From an uncultured Eubacteriales bacterium (lineage in GTDB: Bacteria; Bacillota; Clostridia; Oscillospirales; CAG-272), in NCBI GenBank assembly GCA_934432675.1, contig CAKRYT010000001.1, forward strand, positions 112,874 to 176,873: DNA of 64,000 bases, given 5' to 3'. Shown here piece after piece: positions 27,054-36,491 of the stretch. Under the pieces are notes generated by a model. The model saw only the letters and a program-made list of their open reading frames with translations. It was not told the DNA's origin and made no database searches. Within the stretch, counting starts at the first letter, position 1; each line of letters begins with the position of its first letter. A program made the position numbers and the translations under genes.

Positions 27054-27770
27054 ATGGCACATATTTTAGTGACCGGCGGGTCCCGGGGGATTGGTGCCGC
27101 AACGGTGGAACGATTCACCGCGAACGGAGATACCGTATCCTTTACCTACCTGAAAAGCGTTGCCGAGGCGGAGACCCTTGCGGCGCGTACCGGCGCATAT
27201 GCTTTCCCGGCGGACAGCCGTGACCCGGATGCCATCTGTGCGGCGGTACGCACCGCCACCGCGCAAAGCGGACCGATTGATGTCCTGGTCAACAATGCGG
27301 GGATTGCCGCATTTCGGCTATTCGACGAGATCACCACGCAGGAATGGCGCGATATGTTCGGCGTCCACGTGGAGGGCGCGTTCCATTACATTCAAAGTGT
27401 TCTCCCCGATATGATTCATCGCAAGGCAGGCAAAATTATCAATGTATCCTCTATTTGGGGCATCACCGGTGCATCCTGCGAGGTGCACTATTCGGCGGCA
27501 AAAGCGGCACTCATCGGAATGACGCGTGCGCTGGCAAAGGAACTGGGGCCCTCCGGCATTACGGTGAACTGCGTGGCACCCGGTGTCGTGGACACGGATA
27601 TGAACCGTGCGCTCTCGGAGGAGGATTATCGGGCACTTTGCGAGGAGACGCCTCTCGGACGCATTGCGACGGCCTCGGAGATTGCGGAATCGATCTTTTT
27701 CCTTGCGTCTCCCGCCGCGGACTTTGTGACCGGTCAGGTACTCAGCCCGAACGGCGGTATCTGCATCTGA
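27054..27770 (+). CDS. SDR family oxidoreductase (FabG-like 3-oxoacyl reductase family)
   Basis: TGGSRGIGAA (TGxxxGxG), NNAG, and YSAAK (YxxxK). The upstream part of ORF 26418-27770 is rejected. Confidence 0.9.
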   Translation: MAHILVTGGSRGIGAATVERFTANGDTVSFTYLKSVAEAETLAARTGAYAFPADSRDPDAICAAVRTATAQSGPIDVLVNNAGIAAFRLFDEITTQEWRDMFGVHVEGAFHYIQSVLPDMIHRKAGKIINVSSIWGITGASCEVHYSAAKAALIGMTRALAKELGPSGITVNCVAPGVVDTDMNRALSEEDYRALCEETPLGRIATASEIAESIFFLASPAADFVTGQVLSPNGGICI

Positions 27771-27812
27771 TGCGTGTTTCTCACTTGCTGACAGTGAAAC
27801 GGAGAACAAGAT

Positions 27813-28115
27813 ATGTATATACCGAAACCCGTGGATACGAGCCACATCAAACTTCCGGACGACATTCTATCACTGACGGAGAAGATTGCAGCGAACGTGC
27901 ATGAAGTCTGGGCACAGAGCCGTATGGCAGAGGGATGGACCTACGGCGAGCGACGCGATGATGCCAAGCGGCAAACGCCGTGTCTCGTACCCTACGACGC
28001 CTTGCCCGAAATTGAAAAGGATTATGACAGAAACACGGCGATGCAGACACTGCGTCTGATACTGGCACTCGGTTACAAAATCGAGAAGGCGGGAGACGAA
28101 CAACCGGTATCGTAA
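27813..28115 (+). CDS. Stand-alone RyR (ryanodine-receptor repeat) domain protein
   Basis: Sequence LTEKIAANVHEVWAQSRMAEGWTYGERRDDAKRQTPCLVPYDALPEIEKDYDRNTAMQTLRLILALGYKI follows the RyR-domain consensus (..E.WA......GW.YG..RD...K.HPCLVPY..L.E.EK.YDR). Confidence 0.8.
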   Translation: MYIPKPVDTSHIKLPDDILSLTEKIAANVHEVWAQSRMAEGWTYGERRDDAKRQTPCLVPYDALPEIEKDYDRNTAMQTLRLILALGYKIEKAGDEQPVS

Positions 28116-28222
28116 TCGGGCGGTATGGGTCGCGTGTCCTGCCAGTGCGTGGACATCGGCAGGATGTAATTGTTTTATACTACTTCGCATGGGCACTTAT
28201 GCCCGGAAAGGAATTTTGCTTT

Positions 28223-28675
28223 ATGAAAAAAATGGGGAGGGCATCTTTGGCAGTATTGCTGCTGGTCGCGACCGCGTTCCTGTTCGGATGCGGCAAGGAG
28301 AAAGCAATCGATTATGATCATTTCATCCAGACGATTGAATCTTCCCCCTCTGGTGTAGCGGCGGTCATCGACGGAGAAGCCCGCAAACAAAACTATTTGT
28401 TGGTCTTTGTGGCTGTGCAGAACGACACGAAAGATGCGGTGACGGTCCGTAAAGGCGACTACGTACTCCGAGCCGGAGGGGTGGAATATGCTTCCGACGG
28501 TTATCTTTCGCATATCGACTTGCAGTCCGGTAGTGACGGGAACGATCGGCTGACTACGGTCGCATACGATACAATCGGTCGCGGGGAAGAGAAAAAACTG
28601 GGTGTTCTTTTCTTCTGCGATGTAAACGGGAACGATAACTTTACACTCGCGTTCCACGGCAGAGAAATTCGCTGA
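28223..28675 (+). CDS. Putative lipoprotein (possibly a DUF4352-like beta-sandwich)
   Basis: Signal peptide with lipobox LFGC (MKKMGRASLAVLLLVATAFLFGCGKEK). The start at 28223 has SD ggaaagga upstream. Confidence 0.65.
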   Translation: MKKMGRASLAVLLLVATAFLFGCGKEKAIDYDHFIQTIESSPSGVAAVIDGEARKQNYLLVFVAVQNDTKDAVTVRKGDYVLRAGGVEYASDGYLSHIDLQSGSDGNDRLTTVAYDTIGRGEEKKLGVLFFCDVNGNDNFTLAFHGREIR

Positions 28676-28690
28676 TGTTTTTCGGTCATC

Positions 28691-28716
28691 GGGCGGGCAT
28701 AATGCCCGCCCTTTTT
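28691..28716 (+). terminator. Terminator after the lipoprotein gene
   Basis: Stem gggcgggcat / atgcccgccc followed by ttttt. Confidence 0.8.
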
Positions 28717-28739
28717 GTCGTACCTGGGGAAAGTGCTTG

Positions 28740-28768
28740 TTGCAATGTCTGCACAAATGTGGTAAAAT
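28740..28768 (+). promoter_or_regulatory. Sigma-A promoter for the tandem ABC genes
   Basis: TTGCAA, a 17-nt spacer, then TAAAAT, with an extended -10 TGg. Confidence 0.6.
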
Positions 28769-28844
28769 ACGATCGATTGATATGGGTCGCCGAGTGTGCC
28801 GTTTGGGCGCACGAGGGACCTGTTACAATAACGGAGGGACATGC

Positions 28845-31169
28845 ATGGCATTGCTAACACTTGAAAATCTCGGAAAGATATATGTGTCCGAAGGTGCTGT
28901 CGCCGTCGGAATCCGAGGGGTGAATTTGTCGTTTGACGCGGGTGAATTCGTCGCCGTGACCGGTAAGTCCGGAAGTGGGAAGACGACCCTGCTCAATGCA
29001 ATCAGCGGCATCGATACCTACGAGGAAGGCGAGTTGTATATTGACGGGCAACCGACCTCACATTATGTGCAATCGGATTGGGAGGCTTACCGCGAAAAAT
29101 ACATATCGTTTATCTTCCAGGACTACAACATCATCGATAGTTTCACGGTGCTGCAAAACGTGGAACTGGCACTCATGTATATACCGTCTGACCGTGAACG
29201 CCGCCGACGTGCGCTGGAACTCATTGAGCGCGTCGGTATGACCCCGTACCGTCACCATCGCGGATCGAAACTGTCGGGCGGTCAGAAACAACGGACGGTC
29301 ATTGCCCGTGCGCTCGCCAAAGACAGCCCGATCATCCTCGCCGATGAGCCGACGGGTAACCTTGACAGTACGTCTGCGAAAGAGGTCGTCGCTCTCCTCA
29401 AAGAAATATCTTCGGACAAACTGGTAATCGTCGTTACCCACAATTTCGAGCAGTTTGCCGGCTGCGCGACACGGGAAATCCGGGTGTTCGATGGACAGAT
29501 CGAACGGGATGAGCGGATACGTCCGACCCAAATCGTCACGCCGCACCTGACGGATGCCAAGCCTGCGACGAGGCGTGATACGCTGCACCGCGGCTTCGTT
29601 CTCGGCTGGCACAGGTTTTGTGCTACGCCGCGCCTGACGACATTTATCTGTTGTGTCATGCTGTTGGCACTGCTCGGCACCTTTGCCCTGACTTCTTATC
29701 TCATTGCGGGGACTACATCGGATGCAGAACAGCCGCTCTTCGGCTATGCACCGGGGCGATTGATCGTGGCTCGGCACGACGGCGCGCCGATGACAGAGAC
29801 CGAACTGCGTGCACTCGCAAAACTGACGGATGCCGAGCGGATGATACAATATGACGCTCTCTTGGACCAGAACGGCTCGCTTTACAGAACGGTCCCCGGA
29901 TCTGACGCTTATCTTACGCTCCAATACCGTTTCTCCTGCAACATCGGTGACATCACTTCAAATCCCGGGCGTTTCCGGCCGGATGCCGGTACCTTACCGA
30001 CCGGGGATAACGAAGTGTTTCTGTATGTGCCGATCTCGTGGGAGAGGATTTACGGCAGGGGAGAACTGAAAGCACGGGACATTTCAGTCTTGGACAGTTC
30101 CAAAAAACTGACGGTGACAGGCGTGAAATACTATTACGACAACACCGAGACCGGGGTGCTCTATATGACACCGGATGCTTTTACGCATTTCGGGGCAGAG
30201 CAGGTACTGAATAGGAAAGGCGACAGCTCTTATGTTTACCGTGTCGTATTCCCTTGGGGTTCAGCGGAGGATATCTCACGCAGTATGGACTTCTTTGTGA
30301 TTGCCGTTGACGATACACTTGCGCTCGGCAGCATCGCCGTGTCCACGTATGATGACGCAATCTTTTCGGATATGACGGGCGACGGTGCAAGGATCAGCGT
30401 AATGCCCGGCCGTACCGGGAGCAGTGGAAGCGGTCAGACCCTCTTTTACCGCGAGGGGGTCAAAACGGACGTTGCGAGATCCAGGACTTTGTCCGAGGAG
30501 ATGAAAAACGAAGGCTACGGTTTTGACACCCTTTTCGTCAGCCGCGATCTGTGGAACGAGGTATATGCGGCCGTTGCCAAAGGGTATCGACAGGGAAGTC
30601 TTTTCTTTCAGAGCGACCGTGCCGCATCGAAAGCGGGCGAGATGCTTGCCTCACTCACGGAGGATATGGCAGCAAGTCTTACGGCGGATGAAAAAGCCGC
30701 ACTTGATACCGGTTATTTTGCCGTTACGAGCGACGCATACCATACGAGCGGGGAACAGGCGATCATCGGCTTTTTTGCAGGCATTTTCCGGTATGCGGCA
30801 TGGATCATGCTCATTCTGTTCCTGGGGCTTTTCCTCACGCTATGTTTTTCCAGGGGTATCAACGCTTTGCGCGGAGATCTGGGGATCTTGCGGTCCATGG
30901 GCATCTCCGCCGGCACCATTCGGGTGGCATCCTACGCACAGACCTTCTATTCCATGGTGCCTGCGGTCGTGATACTGGCGATCGTTGCGACGGTGCTTTA
31001 CCGTTTACCCGTGACGAATTCCATCTTTCCGTTTATGAGGGCATGGCACTACGTGCTCATTCTCCTCGGTGCGATCTTCCTTTGCGTGCGGGTCGCGAGA
31101 CGGTACAATAAAAAAGTATTCTCGCAGAGTGTACGCAAAACACTGAGAGGAGGTGCCGCAAATGATTGA
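28845..31169 (+). CDS. Fused ABC transporter ATP-binding protein / FtsX-type (MacB-like) permease
   Basis: The N-terminal NBD has [28 protein letters not shown] and VVTHN. It is followed by TM1, an extracytoplasmic domain of about 370 aa, and three C-terminal TMs. The start at 28845 has SD ggaggg. Confidence 0.88.
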   Translation: MALLTLENLGKIYVSEGAVAVGIRGVNLSFDAGEFVAVTGKSGSGKTTLLNAISGIDTYEEGELYIDGQPTSHYVQSDWEAYREKYISFIFQDYNIIDSFTVLQNVELALMYIPSDRERRRRALELIERVGMTPYRHHRGSKLSGGQKQRTVIARALAKDSPIILADEPTGNLDSTSAKEVVALLKEISSDKLVIVVTHNFEQFAGCATREIRVFDGQIERDERIRPTQIVTPHLTDAKPATRRDTLHRGFVLGWHRFCATPRLTTFICCVMLLALLGTFALTSYLIAGTTSDAEQPLFGYAPGRLIVARHDGAPMTETELRALAKLTDAERMIQYDALLDQNGSLYRTVPGSDAYLTLQYRFSCNIGDITSNPGRFRPDAGTLPTGDNEVFLYVPISWERIYGRGELKARDISVLDSSKKLTVTGVKYYYDNTETGVLYMTPDAFTHFGAEQVLNRKGDSSYVYRVVFPWGSAEDISRSMDFFVIAVDDTLALGSIAVSTYDDAIFSDMTGDGARISVMPGRTGSSGSGQTLFYREGVKTDVARSRTLSEEMKNEGYGFDTLFVSRDLWNEVYAAVAKGYRQGSLFFQSDRAASKAGEMLASLTEDMAASLTADEKAALDTGYFAVTSDAYHTSGEQAIIGFFAGIFRYAAWIMLILFLGLFLTLCFSRGINALRGDLGILRSMGISAGTIRVASYAQTFYSMVPAVVILAIVATVLYRLPVTNSIFPFMRAWHYVLILLGAIFLCVRVARRYNKKVFSQSVRKTLRGGAAND

Positions 31170-33708
31170 AGTCAGCCATCTTGATAAATATTATGCCAAG
31201 GGTTCTCAAAGGGAAGTCCATGCTGTGCGAGACACCACCCTGCAACTGCCCGATAAGGGAATGGTTGCGCTGTTCGGTGCTTCCGGTTGCGGCAAGACTA
31301 CGCTCCTGAACATTATCGGCGGTCTTGACCGGGCCGACCGGGGCACCGTCGTACTTGACGGCGAGAGGGTGCAGCCGAATGCGACGGAGACGCGAAACCG
31401 CGGTATCGGTTACATTTTCCAGAACTATCATTTGATCGGCGACGAAACCGTGTTTGAAAACGTGGCGTTGTCGCTCCGCCTCTGCGGGGTGACGGACGCG
31501 GCGGAGATTGAAACGCGCACCATGGCGGCACTGGATGCGGTCGACATGGCGATGTATCGCCGCCGTTTGCCCGGGACCCTCTCGGGCGGGCAACAACAGC
31601 GTGTTGCCATCGCGCGCGCCCTCGTCAAAAATCCAAGGCTCATCCTTGCCGATGAACCGACGGGCAACCTGGATGAGCAGAACACTGTCATGGTCATGGA
31701 GCTACTGCGACAGGTGGCGAAGGATCACCTCGTGCTCCTTGTGACGCACGAGCATGATCTGTTGCCTTACTATTGCGACAAAATCATAGAAATATCGGAC
31801 GGCTCCGTCGTTTCTGCGCATGATAACGAGGTGGGAGACGGCTATCGCTCCAAAGGGAAATCGGATATTTATCTAGGAGATCTCCCGTACAATGCGGGCG
31901 GAGTCGGCACGACTTTCATTGAGATCTTCGGCGAGGAGGATGCCGTGCCGAAATCTCTGCGTCTCATCTCGCATGGAGGCACCCTGTACATTGCCGCGCC
32001 GGATAATGTGCGCCTGCGCGTACTGGACGCTTCCTCCGAGGTGCACGTGCACGAGTGCTCGTATCATCCGGAGGAGCAGAAACGCGTCAGGGAGTTGCCG
32101 CCCGTTCTTTTGGAAACGCCGAAATACAAGCACAAAAAATGCGGAAGAATGTTTGGATTTTCCGGTGCAGTCGCCTCCGGGTTCCGTGCCCACTTCGGGC
32201 ACGTCAAAAAAGGCAAGAAAACGCTGATTGCCGGGCTGTTTGTATTCGCCCTTTCCTTCGTCATTATGATTTCCTATTTCGGCACGAGCGTCCGCACGTT
32301 ACAGGAGGCCAAGATTCGCTATAATACCGATATGGTATATGTGCCTATCGGCAGTCTCACGGCAGACAGATTAAACGGGATGCGGGGAGACGGACTCATC
32401 GACAGTGCGACTTTCGGCTCTTTCCGCGATTACGGCGATAAAAATGTCTATATTGAACTCGGAAACTATCGTCCGACACTGACTTTGAATGTGGGTGGCT
32501 TTGAAGTGACTATGCCTCAGCCGGAAAACGGTGAAGACACGGAAATGCTGAACTTCTCGGCAATTGGTGCAAGAAAAAAGGTCGCAACGTCGCCCGCCGG
32601 AAAGTTTGAGGGGCTCTCGGACGAGGAAGTGGTGATTTCCACCGGTCTTGCGGACAAATTGCTGCAAATCTCCGGCATGAGTTATCTGCAAACATACGGA
32701 GACCTCTTGTATCATTCCTTGATGCGGGGGAATGGGAATTACTACTATGAATATGCCGATGCCGCCCGCCTCTCGGAAAGGATGACGATCGTCGGTATTG
32801 TGGAGGATAAGAACCCCTGCGTGTATGTCAGCCCGGTGGTATTGACAGATATCTATGCGCGGTCAATCGACAGAGGCATTGCGTATGCGTCGGACAGCGT
32901 ATGGGAGACCCTTGGGGTCACCCCTCCGCCAAAGGGGACACTTTATGCTGCCTATCCGAACGAGGCTAAACCGCAGTTCAAGTACAGCGTAGCGGGGAAA
33001 GAATACCGGGTAGACGAGACAACCGTTGCTGCCCTGCGGGAGCGGGAAGAGACTTTGTCTGATAAGCAACGGGAGGCACTTTACAGCCTCAGCGACAGTT
33101 ATTATATGTCGCGCGAAGATTATCTTTCGCTCATGGATGGTGCCTCCGCCGCGTTGGCGTCCTCTGTCAATCCCGATTTCACGCATTATGCGCTGCATGC
33201 ACCCGATGTGGATGCACTCCTTAGGTATTTGCGGGGAAACGGGATTACGAACGATGTTTATACGCCGGATGACATGTATTCGTTCGCGCGCGGGGAATCG
33301 CTCGGCGGATTAATCGCGACGGGTATCACGGCGACCGTGTTCCTGCTGCTTATGGTATTGTGTCTTTTCCTGATCATGAGGAGCGGGCTGATGGCATCCG
33401 TGCGTCAGATTGGTGTGCTGAGGGCCATCGGCGTCAGTCGGGGCAATCTGATGTTCCGCTATTTTACGGAATCACTCGTAGTTTTTGTACTCACAGTGCT
33501 CCCCGGGTATCTGTGCGCCAGCATCTCCCTTGCGTGGCTTTCCGATAAGGCGGCGGTGCTCGTCTCCTTGGTGCTTTATTATCCGGTGTGGATCGCCGCA
33601 CTGACATTTGCATTTTTACTTGCAGTGACGGCGATTTGCGGTACGCTCCCCGTGTTCTCACTGACGCGGAAAACGCCGGCAGCAATTATTGCGAAATACG
33701 ATATATAA
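31162..33708 (+). CDS. Fused ABC transporter ATP-binding protein / FtsX-type (MacB-like) permease, paralogue of the upstream gene
   Basis: NBD motifs [28 protein letters not shown] and LVTHE, with the same TM / large loop / 3-TM layout. The ATG at 31162 overlaps the upstream stop by 8 nt. Confidence 0.88.
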   Translation: MIEVSHLDKYYAKGSQREVHAVRDTTLQLPDKGMVALFGASGCGKTTLLNIIGGLDRADRGTVVLDGERVQPNATETRNRGIGYIFQNYHLIGDETVFENVALSLRLCGVTDAAEIETRTMAALDAVDMAMYRRRLPGTLSGGQQQRVAIARALVKNPRLILADEPTGNLDEQNTVMVMELLRQVAKDHLVLLVTHEHDLLPYYCDKIIEISDGSVVSAHDNEVGDGYRSKGKSDIYLGDLPYNAGGVGTTFIEIFGEEDAVPKSLRLISHGGTLYIAAPDNVRLRVLDASSEVHVHECSYHPEEQKRVRELPPVLLETPKYKHKKCGRMFGFSGAVASGFRAHFGHVKKGKKTLIAGLFVFALSFVIMISYFGTSVRTLQEAKIRYNTDMVYVPIGSLTADRLNGMRGDGLIDSATFGSFRDYGDKNVYIELGNYRPTLTLNVGGFEVTMPQPENGEDTEMLNFSAIGARKKVATSPAGKFEGLSDEEVVISTGLADKLLQISGMSYLQTYGDLLYHSLMRGNGNYYYEYADAARLSERMTIVGIVEDKNPCVYVSPVVLTDIYARSIDRGIAYASDSVWETLGVTPPPKGTLYAAYPNEAKPQFKYSVAGKEYRVDETTVAALREREETLSDKQREALYSLSDSYYMSREDYLSLMDGASAALASSVNPDFTHYALHAPDVDALLRYLRGNGITNDVYTPDDMYSFARGESLGGLIATGITATVFLLLMVLCLFLIMRSGLMASVRQIGVLRAIGVSRGNLMFRYFTESLVVFVLTVLPGYLCASISLAWLSDKAAVLVSLVLYYPVWIAALTFAFLLAVTAICGTLPVFSLTRKTPAAIIAKYDI

Positions 33709-33730
33709 CCAACTTCTCCAATTTAAGAAA

Positions 33731-33761
33731 ACCAGCCGCGCCCGTTTCGGGTGCGGCTGGT
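33731..33761. terminator. Terminator between the convergent ABC operon and the small Cys-rich gene
   Basis: Stem accagccgcgccc / gggtgcggctggt (one G-U pair) with loop gtttc. Confidence 0.7.
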
Positions 33762-33784
33762 TTGACGATGGACGGCAGGGGACA

Positions 33785-34033
33785 TCAAAACCCCTCGTCG
33801 AGGAGTGCCTCCGTCAGGTGGCAGGAGGAGCGGAGGCGGAGCGGGCGGCGTTTGGTCAGATCATATATGTAGTCCGAGCACGAGGCACGCCCGACGATGT
33901 CCTTGTTGTATTTCTCACAGAAGACCCGATCGCCGTCTGAGATACGGGCGTGTTCACAAAAAGAGCAGGACGCGAGCGGGTCACGGCCGGTGCGGTCATC
34001 TTTTTTCACAGTTCTGCCCTCCTTTTTCTTCAT
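33785..34033 (-). CDS. Small (82 aa) basic Cys-rich hypothetical protein
   Basis: Sequence MKKKEGRTVKKDD...SCSFCEHARISDGDRVFCEKYNKDIVGRASCSDYIYDL. ATG at 34033 with SD gggag about 10 nt upstream. It lies 23 nt downstream of the ylbJ-like gene. Confidence 0.5.
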   Translation of the reverse strand: MKKKEGRTVKKDDRTGRDPLASCSFCEHARISDGDRVFCEKYNKDIVGRASCSDYIYDLTKRRPLRLRSSCHLTEALLDEGF

Positions 34034-34056
34034 TGTAGCACGCTCCCGAATGTTCG

Positions 34057-34947
34057 TCAAGGGGCAAAACGCATAAATAATATTGTCAGCGTTGCGCCGA
34101 GAATACCGCCCGCCGCCTTGACGATGACGGCAGGGAAAACACGGACCCCGCTCTCGACGGCGAAGGAGGCGGTTTGCAGATGGACGGAAAGGCCGGAAAA
34201 TATGACGGCGAATGCGGTGAGCGGCAGACCGCCCGGCGTTTCCGCGAGTGCCTGACAAGCTCCCCCGATCTCCAAAGCGGCGGCAACGTACGGGAAAAGG
34301 GGTGTCGGCAGCATCGAGCGGAGCACGGAAGTCAGTCCTGAAAAGAAAGCAATGTACCCGGTAACGGTGAGAGACGCATTGACGGCATTTCGCATGACTT
34401 CTGTAAACCGCGGAATGGGCATCGGAGATAGAGGGGTAGCCGCCGGGGGCGTTCCATGTCGCCGTCCGATATACAACAGAGCACCGGAGAGAAGGGCAAT
34501 CAGCGTTTGCAGACAAAACAGGAAGACTCCGTCGCGCACGCTCCCGCGCATGGCACCGACCCCGGCGATAAGAAAGGCAATACCGGTATTGTTGCAAAAG
34601 CAAAGCATGATTTCGGCATCCTTTACGGACCATTGACGGAGACGGACGCCGTCACAGGCGGTTTTGGCACCGAGGGGAAAGCCGCATAGCAAACCGATGC
34701 AGAAGGGGACGGTCGAGATGGGGAGGCGTCGCCGACCGCCGACTGCGGGAGCCGTGAGCACGACAAGGTAGGAGGAGAGGATGGTAAAGGGAAACAGTGC
34801 CGGGAGGACGGTATGCCCGGCAAGGCACAGCCCCGCGCGGATTCCGTCGGTAAGCGCACGGTTTTTCCACAAAAGCAGCAGGAGCAGGGCGAGGACGGGC
34901 GGCAGCACCATAGTATTGCGCCATGGCTTTTCGTAGGACTCGGTCAT
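34057..34947 (-). CDS. YlbJ-like sporulation integral membrane protein / nucleoside-recognition (Gate) domain protein
   Basis: Polytopic membrane protein (..GIRAGLCLAGHTVLPALFPFTILSSYL..). It is divergent from yqfC, as is often seen for sporulation membrane genes. The start is uncertain. Confidence 0.55.
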   Translation of the reverse strand: MTESYEKPWRNTMVLPPVLALLLLLLWKNRALTDGIRAGLCLAGHTVLPALFPFTILSSYLVVLTAPAVGGRRRLPISTVPFCIGLLCGFPLGAKTACDGVRLRQWSVKDAEIMLCFCNNTGIAFLIAGVGAMRGSVRDGVFLFCLQTLIALLSGALLYIGRRHGTPPAATPLSPMPIPRFTEVMRNAVNASLTVTGYIAFFSGLTSVLRSMLPTPLFPYVAAALEIGGACQALAETPGGLPLTAFAVIFSGLSVHLQTASFAVESGVRVFPAVIVKAAGGILGATLTILFMRFAP

Positions 34948-35009
34948 AGAGACGGTGACTCCTCTCATAATATGGGACAGTTCAATATACCGGGGGGAGG
35001 CTCGCATAT

Positions 35010-35306
35010 ATGCCGAAAAAGGTGAAAAAATCCAAGGCAGCACGGCCGCCTGCCGTTTTGCCGTCTCCCGGCTCTTTTCGGGTGGAGGTGCGACCGGCGG
35101 GTGGCGGCAAGCGACGGGTATTGGTCTGCGCCTGCGACGAGATCTGCGCTTACAGTCGCGAGCGGGTCAGTTTTCGGTACGCAAAAGAAACCGTAACGGT
35201 GCTCGGCGAAGAGCTATGGTGCCGTACGTACGCATATCGGACAGCGGAGGTCATCGGTCGGGTAAGCGAGATCGTTTTCGGTAATCGGGAGACGGAGAAG
35301 GTATGA
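35010..35306 (+). CDS. yqfC: Sporulation protein YqfC (YabP family)
   Basis: Size of about 98 aa, a YabP-like pattern (..V.GEEL.......AEV.G.VSEI.F), and a position immediately upstream of yqfD. Confidence 0.75.
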   Translation: MPKKVKKSKAARPPAVLPSPGSFRVEVRPAGGGKRRVLVCACDEICAYSRERVSFRYAKETVTVLGEELWCRTYAYRTAEVIGRVSEIVFGNRETEKV

Positions 35307-36454
35307 GAGAGAAGATCGGTTACTATACCTATACGGTGGCGTCCGCACACAGACTGACCGTGCTGAATCTGGCGTTGACATACGGCATTGAAATTTATGG
35401 TGAAAGGGAGATCGGAGACGATTGCTCCTTCCGCATATCGCTGTTTGACGCAACGGTATGGCAGGAGGCACTGCAAGGGTGCGGTGTACCGTATACACGC
35501 GGAGAACTGCGCGGGGTATGCGGTGCATTTCGGAAACTGGCACGCCATCCAGGGCTGATTTGCGGTGTGATACTTGCGATGTTTCTTTACCTTTGGCTGG
35601 GTGGCATGGTATGGGAAGTGCGGATTGTCTGTGAAAACGATATCGACGAGGACACGGTTCTGACAGAACTTGCGGAGGCGGGACTTTTTGAGGGGGCACG
35701 GGTTTCTGAAATTGACCCCGACCGTGTGGTGACGGAGTTCTTATCGCTGGATGCCGGGGTGGCTTTTGCCACCGTCCATATGACCGGGGTCGTGGCGGAG
35801 GTTGAACTGATCCGCAGAGAGGCCCCTCCCGCGCAGGAGCCGACGGAGGCACCGTGCAATCTGGTGGCATCGCGTGATGCGGTCGTGACAGATATGACGG
35901 TTTATGCCGGAAAACCGACAGTAAAAATCGGGCAGACGGTTGCAAAGGGTGATCTGCTCGTCACAGGGGTCCTCACCGACGTGGGGGGTACGCGATTGCT
36001 GCCCGCCTCGGCGACCGTTATGGGGCAGGTGGTGGACACACTCCTGATCGACGTCCCGCTTACGGCACAGACGCGGCAGGTCGTATCCTCTCACCCGATA
36101 TCCTGCACCCTGACGGTGTTCGGACACAATTTCACCGTGGGGAAACGCGAGGGGGCGGATTGCGTACGCGAGAGACGGCTGTATCTGTTTGAGCGGATTC
36201 GCTTGCCGGTGATCTGCCGCGTGGGGTATCGTGTCGAAACCACCGAGGTATCGCAAACACGCGAGGAGTCCGAGGCGATTCATATCGCCGAGGCGGAACT
36301 GCGGCGTCGCCTGGACGTTTTGCTCGCCGACGGGGCTCTGGACAGCAGTGAAACGTCGGTTTGGCAGGAAGGTGACACTCTCCATCTTTCAGCAAAGGTG
36401 ATTTACGAAACCAATATTGCAAAATCGCTTGCATTTGATATGGAAAATAAGTAG
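35303..36454 (+). CDS. yqfD: Sporulation protein YqfD
   Basis: The 383-aa length, a single central TM (LICGVILAMFLYLWLGGMVW), the C-terminal YqfD pattern, and an ATGA overlap with yqfC. Confidence 0.8.
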   Translation: MREKIGYYTYTVASAHRLTVLNLALTYGIEIYGEREIGDDCSFRISLFDATVWQEALQGCGVPYTRGELRGVCGAFRKLARHPGLICGVILAMFLYLWLGGMVWEVRIVCENDIDEDTVLTELAEAGLFEGARVSEIDPDRVVTEFLSLDAGVAFATVHMTGVVAEVELIRREAPPAQEPTEAPCNLVASRDAVVTDMTVYAGKPTVKIGQTVAKGDLLVTGVLTDVGGTRLLPASATVMGQVVDTLLIDVPLTAQTRQVVSSHPISCTLTVFGHNFTVGKREGADCVRERRLYLFERIRLPVICRVGYRVETTEVSQTREESEAIHIAEAELRRRLDVLLADGALDSSETSVWQEGDTLHLSAKVIYETNIAKSLAFDMENK

Positions 36455-36491
36455 AATATAGTGTATAAAGCAAGTGAAACGGGAGAAGACC

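Noticed and set aside
34034-34633. Upstream 200 codons of the 282-aa minus-strand ORF 33785-34633
   Set aside because: This part overlaps the ylbJ-like membrane gene out of frame, and the Arg/Cys/Pro-rich translation is implausible. Only the last 82 codons, with their own SD and ATG, are retained.
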